In this document: positions 27,901-41,000 of the stretch, piece by piece
Layout of the letters: every line of letters begins with the position of its first letter
Position numbering within the stretch: position 1 is the stretch's first letter
From: Lingula anatina
Taxonomy: Eukaryota; Animalia; Brachiopoda
NCBI GenBank assembly: GCA_051362555.1
Contig: CM120643.1
Coordinates: 11,630,644 to 11,694,643 of the forward strand
DNA: 64,000 nucleotides
Reading direction: 5' to 3'
The notes under the pieces: model-generated
Told to the model about the DNA's origin: nothing
What the model saw: the letters and a program-made list of their open reading frames with translations, nothing else
Databases searched by the model: none
Translations under genes and position numbers: made by a program

Positions 27901-30900
27901 TATCAAAGATTATATTAATGACTTATATTCGATAGAGCCATGAACTTACAATAAAGATCAGTAACAGCTAGAGCATAGTAGTCAGTTAAGTATAGTTATA
28001 GGCCCCATTCCCAGAGATTAGATCGATCCAACTAGATCGACCTAACTCCCTGGGGGTTCACGCTAAATAGCTGTCAACCGAGCAGGCACAAAGTTAATTA
28101 CCCCCTTGCAGCATGTAGTAGGCGGGACGGACATTTAAGCCGGATTATCTGACAGTAATCTAGTGAGACTCCCCACGGGGATAGATCGATCTAAAATCTA
28201 TGGGAATGCACTCATAGACTGCCATCAGTTCTTAAGCACTTACATTTTGAGATACAACAAAATTAAGCCATCAGCACAAAGTTTTCGGGTTAAAAGTAAA
28301 CTATATTTTAAATACTCGTCTGGTAGTTTTAAAATGTACAGTTTTGGGATAAGGCTTACTTAAGGATACCGGGCCCTGTTTGACTTCCTCCCATTACTGA
28401 TGGGTGAGCTGCATCACTTCACGTAAAGTTTGTTTGATCCATGTCTGTTTATTTGCACGCACTGAACTTGCCAAATATTTAGTGAAAAATTCTCCTTTCA
28501 CTGATTAAGCCAAGGCAGTAAGTGCATTAAGTGCTCATGTCGGTATTATTAATGAATTGGCAGCTAGCTGGGGTAAAGATAAAAAAGGAATGTAAGATAA
28601 GGAGAAATACATGAATATCTCTTGGAATTTTTGCCAATTTTACAATGATAACAGACAGTGTTGCCATTGCTGTACATTTTGGATAAATCTACTCATTTTC
28701 TAGTGTCAGTTCTTTTTGGGATAAGTTTGATTACTCTGAATGGCATCCTTACGAAGAGGATATTGAGCTGCAGAAGAAACTCTTTAACCTTTCAAACGCT
28801 GCACCTCACATCCAGACTTTTTCATCATATGAGATATAGTTACAAACAATGAATAACTGATTCAATAAATGGATAACGGAAATTAAAATATGATTTGAAT
28901 TCAGTATATTATTTGTCTTACTAAACTTTTGTATTGATATGTTAAATTACAGATAATCTTGTCAGTTTGTCAGTCAGTAAATACCCCTTCTGCTGAAGCT
29001 GGTTTTTGATGCCTTTGTCTCACTGCAGGGGGATGTTACATGTCAGCTGATATGATTTAAGATACATAAAATGTATTCCTTTTTTCCATTAAAATCAGAA
29101 ATTTGTTTTTTTTTCCTGGCTGTTTCCATACCTTAAGCAAGTTCTAACCCCCCCCCCCCCCCCTTCATCTTGGTCACAGTACCACCAAATCATTCTTTTT
29201 TCCTTACAACCCACATTCGTGTCTGCTTCATTTGATTAACTTGCTCTGTGAAGTGATATTAATTTTACCTTATAGAATTACACTGTTTAGTTTATAATGA
29301 GGATGGTTATGAGAGTAGGTGTGGTTTATGCTTTCCATGCAAAGTGCAGTGGATAGTAAAAAAAACATCATTTTTATTGGGTTTACATGAAAGATAATAC
29401 ACTGTCACCTGAGACATGTATGCCAGTACATGTAGAGCTTCACAGAGAGGTATTCAAGGCATATATTGCAAAAGGGTGGCAGTGTGTGATTTGACTACAT
29501 ACTGAAAGAAAGCACTTGCATTTTACTGAAAAACACACCAAAAAAAACGAATAAAGCATATATCGCCACAGTCACGTAACATCTGTAGGTATGTGTAGTG
29601 CAACATCAAGAAAGTAGCATCCAGTTTCTTCTGCAGCTCAATAATCAAACTGATCCTAAAAAGAACTAACACTAGAAAATGAGTAGATTTATCCAAAATG
29701 TATAGCAATAGCAACATGACATTTGACTCAGTGATATGTGTGTTTGTGTGTGAGGGGGGTGTTAGTCTATGCTTGTTTGTGTGTATTTGTGTACAAATGA
29801 GTACATATATGTATCTGGTTGTATATGTATCTGTATTTGGTTGAATCCTGTGTTCCTTGATTTTTACCCAACACCCTTTACCCAAGGCAAATATTCTTGT
29901 AAGTATGCTTCTGACTCTCAATCTTTGATCACTTTTGTCTCTTCAGGTGAAGACACTCCACTCATCTCCGAGGCAACGCCAACAGCTGTGGAGAAACAGT
30001 TACCATGGAAACGAAATTCTGGTCGACAACCAATATCTTCATCCTTGACGCACAGCCTTCCAGATGACGACATTCCACGAATGAGTGAGTGCCCATCTTG
30101 GGTAGACAACCTTGATTACAATCACATCTCTTCGTCTCCTGCCGCTTCACTGAACATCAGCCCCAACAATTCACGGAGCATGCCTGTATTAAGTGTGGTA
30201 CAACAACTAATGCAGCCTGCAGTCCTCGAGGAGGAGGAGGATGAAGGGGACACAGTTGCCATGACAACAGAAAACAGTGATAAGGATGTTAACAGTGACA
30301 TGGTGGAAAAGGTTGTGTTTTCAGCTGGAAGTGAGCATGAACATGAGGGGAATTCTGGGATAGCAGATGCAAGTAAAGAGGAAAAAACGGATGTATCTGT
30401 GGAAAAACAAAATGAGGTTGAAGAAAGTAATGGTGGTTTGTCTTTTTCATTACCATGGCGACGTCAAGATGATGAAAGTGATCAAGGACCGGTAAGATCA
30501 CCATCTGCCAGTCACATAGTAGATTCCTCTCAGAACTTCGCTCCTTTACCCTCCAATCGCAGCTTTACACTTAGTGAACGTGAGGAGTGTCTGGAATCCA
30601 AACACTTAAAACCCATCAACCTGCAGTCTGTGATATCATTGCCAAAATACAACGACACATATCCAGATAGCCACGATGTGTTTTTAGAACAATCTGATGT
30701 GCTGAAAAGTCTACCTCAGTCTGATGATCTTGATCCAGACGACCGTATTCACAAGTGGTTACAACATTCACCGGATGACCTTGGGTCAGAGGAAGAGGAG
30801 GAGATTGAGGAAGAAATGAAAAAGAGGAACAAGAAATGGGAGGAAGGGGACAATGAACCTTTGGAAGTTGTCGTTGTCCCTAATGTTGATACCTCATCTG

Positions 30901-31148
30901 TAAACAACTGTGATAACACAGGGGATTCCACAGCGAGTGAAAAGAACTGTATAGATTCTTCAAGAAATGGAAGTAAATCCAACATTGGGCTTAAAATGGA
31001 CAAGACAGACCCAGTTAAAAGTGAAAATAAATCCAGCTCGGGGTTTGTGTTAGACTGTGGGGAGGGGCCCACTGCCATTATAGTTGTAGATGACAAGAGA
31101 AAAGATCAGACGGAAAATAAGGAGAACGATGCCGAGACATATGTATAA
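4093..31148 (+). CDS. NHE: Na+/H+ exchanger (SLC9A, plasma-membrane NHE-like), 3' part of spliced gene; 5' exons lie upstream of the window
   Basis: Eight GT-AG exons join in consistent phase. Motifs include [44 protein letters not shown] and [12 protein letters not shown]. Confidence 0.93.
5069..5271 (+). CDS. NHE: NHE exon ([11 protein letters not shown]...[10 protein letters not shown]...FTVFVQ)
   Basis: tttcag acceptor, gtgaga donor; GGLRGA signature. Confidence 0.95.
5469..5558 (+). CDS. NHE: NHE exon ([30 protein letters not shown])
   Basis: ctag acceptor, gtaaga donor; 90 nt, phase 0/0. Confidence 0.93.
5763..5833 (+). CDS. NHE: NHE exon ([23 protein letters not shown]), CHP-binding region
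   Basis: tttag acceptor, gtaagg donor; matches the NHE DHxxxGIEDIxGHxGH motif. Confidence 0.93.
5838..6099. mobile_element. MITE family A (Tourist/PIF-Harbinger-like)
   Basis: TIRs gggcccatttcc / gggaatgggccc; internal sequence shared with other copies. Confidence 0.75.
6577..6795 (+). CDS. NHE: NHE exon ([16 protein letters not shown]...NYSASS)
   Basis: tttcag acceptor, gtaagt donor; phase 2/2. Confidence 0.9.
7849..8085. mobile_element. MITE family A copy, right end degenerate
   Basis: ggcccattcccagtgaactatcattctatgtagat start; shared core. Confidence 0.7.
8465..8634. mobile_element. Short MITE family B (caggccc TIR); related copies near 805-980 and ~300-372
   Basis: 15-bp TIR with 14/15 match, aaaga on both flanks, internal G-run and aaaagtggacc-like core. 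Confidence 0.75.
9795..9957 (+). CDS. NHE: NHE exon (...[34 protein letters not shown])
   Basis: Open frame, phase 2/0, joins both neighbours; the HHIL..LFKPR motif resembles NHE cytoplasmic tails; an alternative in-frame acceptor would start the exon at 9801. Confidence 0.85.
10790..11057 (+). CDS. NHE: NHE tail exon ([10 protein letters not shown]...[16 protein letters not shown])
   Basis: ttgcag acceptor, gtaagt donor; phase 0/1. Confidence 0.85.
11530..11655 (+). CDS. NHE: NHE tail exon ([41 protein letters not shown])
   Basis: ttgtag acceptor, gtgagt donor; phase 1/1. Confidence 0.82.
12971..13202. mobile_element. MITE family A copy
   Basis: ggctcattcccaat...attgggaatgagccc, with TAA/TTA flanks. 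Confidence 0.8.
13700..13850. mobile_element. MITE family A internal fragment
   Basis: caactccatggggactctagctgaa...cagattaac...gagagtcccc core without TIRs. Confidence 0.5.
15820..18031 (+). mobile_element. Non-autonomous Helentron/HINE (DINE/pearl-like) element with internal satellite
   Basis: 14-bp subterminal inverted repeat (15820-15833 / 17982-17995), 5' hairpin, (cggctcctg)n microsatellite, central tandem array, 3' hairpin gaggcg-gtat-cgcctc (18001-18016), then CTAG. Confidence 0.75.
16830..17830. repeat. 146-bp tandem repeat, about 7 copies
   Basis: atctccaaaactggcagagatagg recurs at 16837, 16983, 17129, 17275, 17421, 17567 and ~17713. Confidence 0.95.
23552..23593. repeat. (TG)n microsatellite
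   Basis: Read directly from the sequence. Confidence 0.95.
28001..28211. mobile_element. MITE related to family A
   Basis: ggccccattccca...tgggaatgcac termini, internally palindromic. Confidence 0.65.
29947..31148 (+). CDS. NHE: NHE terminal exon, long acidic disordered tail ending ...DAETYV*
   Basis: tctcttcag acceptor in phase 1 matches the 11655 donor; ~400-codon open frame. Confidence 0.8.
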
Positions 31149-34100
31149 TATTGTATAAATTTAGTTTGTACAGTATTTATTTTAAAACAATTAGATTGGA
31201 TAGGTACTATTTATTTATTAAGGCATTTAGTTTGTATAGTGTAGAATATCTTTGTGTTAGTAATTTATTAGCCATTCATTCTCGATGTTAGTATATCTTG
31301 CTTAGTTGGGTTTTTTTTTCTAATTTTTTTTTATTATGATAAGTTGCATTTTTGAAATTTTACCCAACAAACCATAACATGTTTTGAGGCAAATTGGGGT
31401 TTCTGAGTGAAATGGTTTTCTGAGTAATAGAATATTTATATTCTTATGCAAGAGAAAGAGAAATTGCATAAGTACACAAGAGGTGGTTTCTTGTAGACAG
31501 GTAAGTGGATAAGTGTTTGTGTGTGTTGTGGCTTCAGACGATATCTTGCATGGGACACAAGGAAATTAATTTTAGATTAGATTTTAGCAAAAAAATAAAT
31601 GTTGTTTTGATAAATTTTCCATTCTACTAAGAATATATTTTCTTAAAGTAATCTATGGCTTGTGTTAGAAACCAAACATGCATCCAGCTTTAACCTTCAT
31701 AATTATCAAGCATCACATCTCTGTCAGACAGTTACTGAAGGTCAGAAAATAAGTCTAGGAGATTCCTAGAAATGAGGTAAGCGTGGGTGACAAGTCATGT
31801 GAACTTGAATGCCCGATATTCAAGGAAAGGATGACTTCCATTTACAGGAAATGCAAATGCTCTAGGAAAAGATATTTGCCCTCAGCTTTGTGCATATATT
31901 CTGGGGAAATATCAGGTGTCATTAAGCACATTTTCACAACGTGTGATATTTTAAATGATGCAGGTATATTTCTGTGGCAGATGTTCACTTAAGGGCTGTT
32001 CTTACCAAGTAATAATGGCATGGGTCAGATGAGAACGTTGCCAGGTGAAGGTCAAAGTTCAAGGGTCAGAAGGTCATTCTTTACTTTAAGAGAAGTTCTT
32101 ATTGGGACAGGATGGATCATACTGTATGATGCAGCTCTTGATTCTGATGCTTAATGGCAGTGAAGAAGTGACGCACTACACAATATGTTTGAAAGAAATT
32201 AACCAATTAATGTGCTTTTCACCGACCTGCTGAAATGCAGTGAGCACTGTTGAACTATATTTAATACATAATTTAGTTAAATCTTTCTTAAGTCTGAAGT
32301 GACCCAGTGTCATCACATGAAGGCAAAAGTGAATGTTTGTGTCACTTGCTTTGTGTAGAGTGTGGAAAGTCGTTGGAGGGGTGATTGTATTTTTTGATGA
32401 CATGTGTACAGCTTACCTCACAAAAAACTTGCTTTCTGACCTGTATCCAATTAACTTTTCAGAAGATTTGTAGCATTTTTCTTTCTGGATACGACTCGCA
32501 CAAAGCATTGTTTTGAAAAGTAATATACATCACATTGTTTTTTAATTAATTCGGCAAACGCCTTTTGATAGGACTTGCTACAGGAAATGATAGGAAACAT
32601 TATTCTGTCTGTGCAATGAACTTGATGTTGGTGTCAGAATGTGCAGAGGAGGCAAGTATAATTAATACATATTCCCACTCACTGAACAGTTAATTAAGTG
32701 TTGTTTTTTTTCATTCTTCAGGAAACTAATTTTAAGACTTCAAGATAGCAGTAAATGTGATATATCTTATATAATTAGTAGACATAATATAAATATAGGT
32801 AAATGGGTAACTTGGAGAGGATAACCTTCTGTATGAAGTGTCCTTAATGTCTGGACATACTTGAATCTGGTACTAAAAATTGTGAGGATCACACTGATTA
32901 TATTATTTATTGATATTTCAAATAAGTTATATATTCAGTATTTTTTTTTCAAATGATTATGTATTTAGCTTATGTGATTAGATTTAAGGACATCCTGTAC
33001 TTGTTATGTATGAGAAATTTATTGGAAGAGAAAACCAGATTTTTTTCCAAATAATTTTTGTTTGAACTACCTTTTCTCTTTTTTGTGTTTTTATGTGTTT
33101 TTAAAGCCTGTACCTTCAAAGTTTTTTGCAAAATAAACATGACTGAAAAGAAACATATAGTTTATTATTTTTTTTTTTCAAAATTTGAATACATATATAA
33201 AAGTTACTTATGGCATGAAATTGAATTCAGAAATTCCAATCCAAAAGAGATTTATTTTATGATTTTAAATTAATATTTATCCATGTAGAGTATTGAATGA
33301 TTTTATCTTCCTAACACTGTAAATACTCAAATGACTTACAATTTTCAAGGGTTCCTTTCTGCATTACTATAATTGTAAAGCCATGAAACTGATAGGCCTC
33401 CTAGTAGATATTTTGTCTACTTTTAATTAAAACTGATTTGCATTCATGAACAAGACCCTCTTTGTATGATAAAATCATTTCCTTACTCCGACTACAATGA
33501 TATGCATTTTGGCATTCATCTAGTCACCTACTTACACAGTGATTTGCTTTAGAGTACAACCTTCATTGTCGCAAGCAGTCTAATAAAATTTCCACCAATT
33601 TCTATTGTAAAAATTTTTGATGACTATTTACAACAATCATTAGTTTTCTTTTGTTCTTCAAACAAGTCATTTAGTAGATGCCAATTAGTCATACATATAT
33701 ACCAAATAATTCATTTCCTACACTGTTCATTCACAGTATTATTTAGTTTTGAAATTAAATTAATAATCACTTTTTCATTTAGTTTGCCTAATAGTGTGTG
33801 GATTGTTAGAGCACATTTGATAAATCCCAACTAACACAATCCTACTGTTACTCGTAGAAAAGCGTATTTGCTATAACTAATTACACATATTGGTATTGAA
33901 TAATAATTTTATTTTATATATCAAACAAACATTTTTCAACACTTTTAACCAATTTTTATTGCAATGTGTGTCAGTATTCAATTACCTCATATGCAAATAA
34001 TCATAAAGCTCATTATCAATAATAACAACAATAACAACATGAAACAAATAAAGAAAAAAAAAATGCAAAATGTATAAGCATCTGAATATACCACTGAGTG

Positions 34101-35127
34101 CTGCTTTCTATTATTTACCACACAGTCATAATGTTCACTTAATAGATCTACCTGAATGTCTCCAAGGCAATACGTACGAGCAGTTTTCACAACTCAGAGC
34201 AGGTTCTGCCAACTGTAAAGAATAAAGCTAAAAAGTTAAAACATTGAAAGTGACACAATTATTTCACAGGTAACAAGTCACCTGTAGTACAATATAAAAG
34301 AACTTGCAGCACCATCCTTTGGCCACCATATTAAGTATAATAAAATCTTCCTCTGTAACATCACTTTGACACTTATAAACTCTACCATACAGCAGCCTTG
34401 AAGATCTGCAACATTCTGCTTTAACTAGGAAGTACCTTAGAAATGTGTGGAAAGGTAATCTCGTAAAAAGGGGAGAAAATTTGGTTCACTTTTATTGCAT
34501 AGTTAATTTTTATATTTTTATTAAAAGCATCTGGCCTTCAGTTTTCTTTGGTAACATTAGGTGATCTCATGACAGTCATTTTAGTTTTGAGCAAATATGT
34601 TTTTTTTTTTGTTTGATACCCTGTATTTCCCATATATTTCATTGAAATTCAATTTTCATTTATAAGGCAGCAATAATAGAATGATTTTTATGCCCGTTTT
34701 CACCTAAAGCTATTTACGAGTTAAAGGGCCATATATGGCTACATACAGGGTTAGATAAAACTTCTACTACACACTGCCTCATCTATCACCTACTCATTAT
34801 CTGAACTCATTGAAACTGACCCAGGGGCTACAGTTTTCATAAAACTTACCAGAAACAATACAACAAGAAATGCAACTCCTAACATACATTTGCTGATAGC
34901 ATTCTACCTTACAACTTTTTTATCACAAACACAAATAGAATTTTTCTATAAAATTATTTTCAGGATGCAAGGTTTTTTTTAAGTTAAAAATTTCACATAC
35001 ATTAAATTCAAAAGGCTTTAAAATTGTAACTTATAATTTTTCCAAAAGTAATTCAAAAGAAAAACATGATAAATTTTAAGATGTGTGTAAGTTTTATAAA
35101 AAAAATCCAGACACGGACAATCTCTCC

Positions 35128-35535
35128 TTATTGTGTCTCGTACATGGGGTAATGATCATCCAGGTTATGCTGTGTGGGCATGTAAGGGGACTTGGGAGCC
35201 GATATGCCCACTTTCACAGGGAACCGTCTGCCGGCTATATCGATCTCATACTTAGCATTAGGGTCCATCACCCAGTTCTCATTGATAATATTCCTGTTCC
35301 CTGTGTTGTCTGTGAAATCCTGGACATAGCCCAGGCAGATGTGGGATTCGAGGGAGAACCCATAAGCAGCCGAGGTGGTCATGCCGGCAAATTTCCCATT
35401 TCTATATATGGGTTCTCCTCCCCAAGGCCAGGGGTCACTATGGTTGTCGTGGTCTTCAACGAGGAGTTGGACAAATCTCTTCTTGATTCCCTCTTCTTTC
35501 TGCTTCAGCAGGGCTTCTTGTCCTATAAATGGCTT
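35128..35535 (-). CDS. PDPR: PDPR exon 17, terminal (KPFIGQEALL...YETQ*)
   Basis: tttag acceptor, TAA stop; GcvT C-terminal barrel motifs. Confidence 0.92.
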   Translation of the reverse strand, partial: KPFIGQEALLKQKEEGIKKRFVQLLVEDHDNHSDPWPWGGEPIYRNGKFAGMTTSAAYGFSLESHICLGYVQDFTDNTGNRNIINENWVMDPNAKYEIDIAGRRFPVKVGISAPKSPYMPTQHNLDDHYPMYETQ

Positions 35536-38015
35536 CTAAAATGGGTAATAAAGATTTTTTTTTTTTTTTTGACATAACAATGTCATGAACTGTGAAGGGA
35601 TGAAATAATAAACAGTCCATCTACAGAATATGACTTTTTAAAGGGAATAAAAACATGCATTACAAAATTGCAATGCTTTGGAAACATAAGCAAACAAAAA
35701 AAATGTGAAATTTCTCTAACCTGTTAGACAACAATAATTTGGATATTTATCTACAGGTAAACCAATAGGATCGACATGCATATGTGTGTGTGTGCGTGTT
35801 TGTGTGTGTGTGAGAGAGAGAGAGAGAGAGGGAGGAGAAAAACAGGCAGCATCTTCATCTTACATTCTTTTTCACTCTGAAATCTCTCCCACATTCTAAA
35901 GGTGTAGAGTTGGAGTCCAGGTCAATGCCCCAGTAGGCCAGGTACTTCTCTATCCTCAGACTCCTGTGTGCCATCAGTCCCACGTTCTTCAGACCATAGT
36001 CATGTCCCGAGCTGATCAGGGTGTCATACACATGGAGGGCATACTGTGGCGAGAAAATCAAATATCACAGTCTTCCAAACTGATATCAGACTAAGGGCTC
36101 ATTCCCATTGAAAGTATCGTTCTGCATAGATTGATCCAACTTTGTAGGGACTCTCGCATAATGCAATCAGTTTAACATATTAACATGCTGCCTCTTGTTT
36201 CCAGTGTATTGCTATTCTGTATATTTAACTCAATGCCAGGAGGAGGCATGTTAATCTGTAAATCTGATTGCATTCAGTGAGAGTCCACACAGAGTTGGAT
36301 TGATCTACATAGAGTGATGGTCTCATTGTGAATGAGCACTAAGTATCCATGTGCTTTTCCATCATTCAATTTAACAGCCTTCATAGCAAATACAAATGCA
36401 GGCTTAAAAATATGTCTTCTTTGTTGAAATGAAAATGTGGGGAGAAAACCAAAAATCATAGTGTTTGAAAGCATAAGACTACGTATTCAAGTGTTCTTCT
36501 GACATAAACAACTCTTCTATTAAATCAAAATAAAATAACATAAATCAGTGTCTTCTTTGTTACAATTAAAACAGAAAAAAGATGAAACAGAAAGCTTCTT
36601 TACCTTTTAGTATTTAGGGGGCAGGAGTAAATGGGGGCAATCACATTTTTAAACAACAAAAGAAAACGAAACTAATCAAAACCAACCCCTTTTTGTTTAT
36701 ATCTATTTTAAATACAAGTTCCTGTGCCCGTTATTTCATAAAATTGAACGCATTACCTCTGAAGGTATATACAACATCCAGCCGTCATCTCCAGTGTGGG
36801 TAAGACGCATGGCTTTTATACCACTGGCATGGCCCAGGTACATCGTCTGCAGGAAAAATGGAAAAAGAGCACTGAACTGGGCAAAATATTTACCAATTGG
36901 TAGGCCAGAATAGAATAACAGACACTTTTACTGATCACAGTAACCTGCAGAACTGTCCTGACATATCAGTAGAGAAATCCAAAATTGGCAAATCTCAAAG
37001 GAGAGATATTTTAAATTATAAACCTTGAAAATAATATATTCAAGTGCATTTTTTTACGTTTTTCCAAGACATCAATTATCTCATGCTTCACTCATTGTTT
37101 TTCAAATTTCTTCTTTAATTTGCTTAAAAACCACAGCTCTTCAATCATAACTCTTTCAATGATCTCTCTGTTATTCACGTGATAAAACCAGTTTTAGCAA
37201 CCAACCACAAACCTTGACAGTCATGGAGGGGAACTTTGTTATGTGGAGAGGTATTTCTGCCAACTCATGCAGGAAGTCTTTGGCTTTTGGACCAATCACA
37301 TTGAGTGTTGTATACATGGATGAGACATCACTGAGGATAACTGAGCCATTAGCAGGCAAATGCTGTGACAACCAATTGTAGGCACGTGTCTGAGTGGTTG
37401 ATAGAGATATCATCATATAGCTGAAAAAGAGAAAAAACATGAAATAAAATGGCCATATTACCTCAGGCTAAACACAGGAACTTAGCGGAAGGCCAACCCC
37501 AGTTAGCAGGCTAAACATGAGCGCTGAGCTGAAAACCAGATCCCAGTTAGCAGGCTAAACATAAGCACTGAGCTGAAGGCCAGACCCCAGTTAGCAGGCT
37601 AAACATGGGCACAAATGGAAATTAAAATGTTAAGAAACTGACATTGGGTCTGAAACTCAGGATATGGACGTTTAGTTTACAGATAGGAAAGCTTAAGTTT
37701 CTATCATTGAAAAAATTGTGTTAATTTAATACAAGCTTTTAATTTAGACACCAAGGAAAACTGTCTGACTTAGTAAATTCGCCATTATACACAGAACCAC
37801 TATCAGCACCCCACCCCTTTCCATACACAGTTCCTCACCAATTTTCTGCTACCCTGGCTAGACTACAGTCATTCTCATAGCCTCCCTTGTGGTTGTGTAC
37901 CCCTGTATGGATGACCGTACCCACTGGCTTGTCTATGTCATTGGAGCACATCTTCTGGAGAAAGTCCACAACTTCCGTACCTGCAGACTGAAAAATAAAT
38001 AAATAAATAAATACA

Positions 38016-38058
<43 letters not shown>

Positions 38059-41000
38059 AAAATTGTGTTGATTGCACCTTTAAATATGTCACTGTTGATT
38101 AATATGCTAAACTTTAACACCAGGCAATATAAATCAGCTATGCAATATTGGAATTAAGAACATTTCACAACAGACTGGCCTATAATAACAGCAGTTGTAT
38201 ATCTGAATAAGAAGGCTGAGCTGAGGTTATTTGAGATTCTTTGCCAGACCAGGCCCTGGCATCATTTTGGCCTATATTCATATTACAAGACTTACATGTA
38301 ATAACTACAAAACAACCTGGCCACCCTATTGCTTGGCAGCTAGTTGCAGTCTACACTTACCTTTAGTTCTATCTTGGTAACGTAGGACATGTCGAACAGG
38401 CCCACCCCTTCTTTGCATGCCCAGTACTCAGACGCCACTGCATCAAACCAAGATGGCCGATAGAAGGTAAGGCGGGGGATGGTGTTATCAGTGTACTCTT
38501 CTGAAATGTCATGTTATGTTACTTAAAATATTTGTTCTTGGCAATATTCAAAAGTTGATTGGAATGTGTTAAAGAAACGATATCTGTAAAAAATGGTTAA
38601 TTTACTAATAAATACATCTTGTAGTAAGCAGTGCACTAGTGATGCATACACAATTTTCAATATATATCTCTAGTAGAAATTTAAAAAAAAATTATAATAA
38701 TTATCTAATGATGAATAAATATATTTTATATATTTGTTTACAATGATTTTTGTGTACTCCAGGATATTCTTTGGATGCTGTTTTTTTTTTTTTTTTAGCT
38801 AAATGAGAGTACAAGTAAGCTAAATTAAGCCATATCCCAGTGTAACTTCACCCAAAGACTGGTCACATGCAAGAGGACTTTCACAACAGCATTCCAGAAC
38901 TTGAAACCTTTGACTTTGTCTACAAATGCTGATGTTATACACTAAGTTAGTAAAGCAACACTTTCTACATATGCCATACATATAGTAAAGGCACATTAAG
39001 ACAATCTCAACAATGTAACAGTGGTATATTTAAAGCCCCAAACCTTTTTAATTGAAAGACATAATATTATGTTAACTCACTACAACATTCAAATTCAAAT
39101 GGATTTGCACACTTTGGATTTTATAATGTACCTTTACAGTTGAACCTTGGTTAAAAAAGCTATCAGACTATGACACAATAGTTAACGTATATATGGAATT
39201 TTTAACTCATAGCCCAGTTATTTTTCAAATACCTTGTAAGTATTTCAGGTGAGATCATATCTCTGTATGTGCAACATATCATGTGCTTCAGCTAATAAGT
39301 TAAGAAAAGCTTATATTAGTAAGAGTATTCCTTCCTTCTCTCTTTCTTGACTTCCATAATCTCCCTTCTTCCCATCCCCCAATTCTTGGATTCGCCAACT
39401 TTTAACTGATAATTTGAATTATCATAATTAATAAATTATCATAGATACCACTGGTTTTCTTCACCAAGACAGGGATTAGTAGCAAAAAAGAGGGGGCTAT
39501 TTAAGAAATGGAAAATAAATATATATTCTTTTAAATACTGCTGTGTAGGACAATATATATACTAGTATATGACTGTGCTGCCTCCACCACTGCTCTCACA
39601 TCACACTATATACAGGCTCTTCCTAGACTGGCGTTTTGTCACTAATGGCTTATTTCCTAAATATTTTTGGTTAAAGAAAAAGTTGAATGTGTAAAAGAGT
39701 TTACAACTATTGCTTTGCCAAATTTAATTTGACCTAATCAATTTAAGGCATCTGACTCAAATCATTCGTTTTATTTGTGTAAAGGAAAAAAGACTTGAAG
39801 TAAAATAAGATATCAAAATCAAAAATAATATTTTTGAAAATATTTACCCATTTCTTTAAGCCAGTAGGATCAAACCAAACCAGTGTCGAAGAGATCCCAG
39901 TATACAGATATGATAACAGTACAATATGTACCTGGTTTTAAAAATTTGTAGCCTTTGTAAGCCCCTGAAATGTTTTATTTACACCAATATATTATCTTTT
40001 TTTATTATAAGTGAGTGCAACAAGAGATTGACAACCTGTACGTACATGGTGGCTAGTATAAAATGGATTCCCGGTAATTTTCATGAGCAGCATTTATGCA
40101 ATATATTTACAAATACATATTTACTATCAACAGAACTTCAAATTGTTATTCCAAGCTGTTTTGAACTGAAAAAAAAAAAAAAATGTACCATGAGGAGGTG
40201 GATGGCAATATTTATTAAACAAAAGTTAAACATAATTATTATTTCATGATATCATTATATGTGCAGTCATTTATTTTACCTTTTTAAACCTTCATATGTT
40301 TAATTGCCTTTCTTTCAGATCTTAAGCAATGACAGTTTCTGAGACTGAATTCCCCTATTTTGTATTTTGTAGAAATGTTCATCTTGTGAAATCAATCTAT
40401 AATGTTTGTGATAAATAAAGAATACTCGTTGTTCAGTCTTCAGCTCCAAGTAATCTGTAATCATATGTTCCTGGCTCAGTACAGCTGATTTCTGTCAAAA
40501 GAGTATCAACTTAAAATGTTAGATCCCTAGTTCAGAAAAAAAATGACTACAATTTAAACAGTTGTAGTTGCTAAAAGCACTGTCTAAGAAATATCTTTGA
40601 TACACATCATCCCCAACAGCCATAATGCAGAGTTTTCCAAGCTAGGCCAGGCCTGGTACGATCTCACAAAACATGAGCATGCTTCCGATTGGTTGTCTAT
40701 CATCATGTGACACTGCCCCAGCAAAGAATATCCAATTCCCTTATAACAGTCCTTATGATAAATACGTTCACAAAGATCCTCTAGTTTCTGCAAGTATGCT
40801 GCAACTTCTGCCTCCTCGCCACTTTCGTGGGCGCAGATAACACCAAGGAACAGACCAAAGATCGGAGAGTAAAGTGGCAACAGTGTCAGCCTTCCTGTCA
40901 GGCAATCTAGGGCAGGGCTTCCCCCAGGATTACCGGCATAAAGAACATACTGAACTGCCTCTGGGAGACAGGACAAATGTGAAAATTTCACAGGGAAATA

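Noticed and set aside
29769-29946. N-terminal part of the 459-aa ORF as coding sequence
   Set aside because: It is TG-rich intronic sequence ending in a strong pyrimidine tract and CAG at 29946; the exon most likely starts at 29947.
30749-31096. Antisense ORFs over the NHE last exon, and the + strand ORF 35083-35577 over the PDPR last exon
   Set aside because: These are shadow frames of real coding exons with no recognisable motifs.
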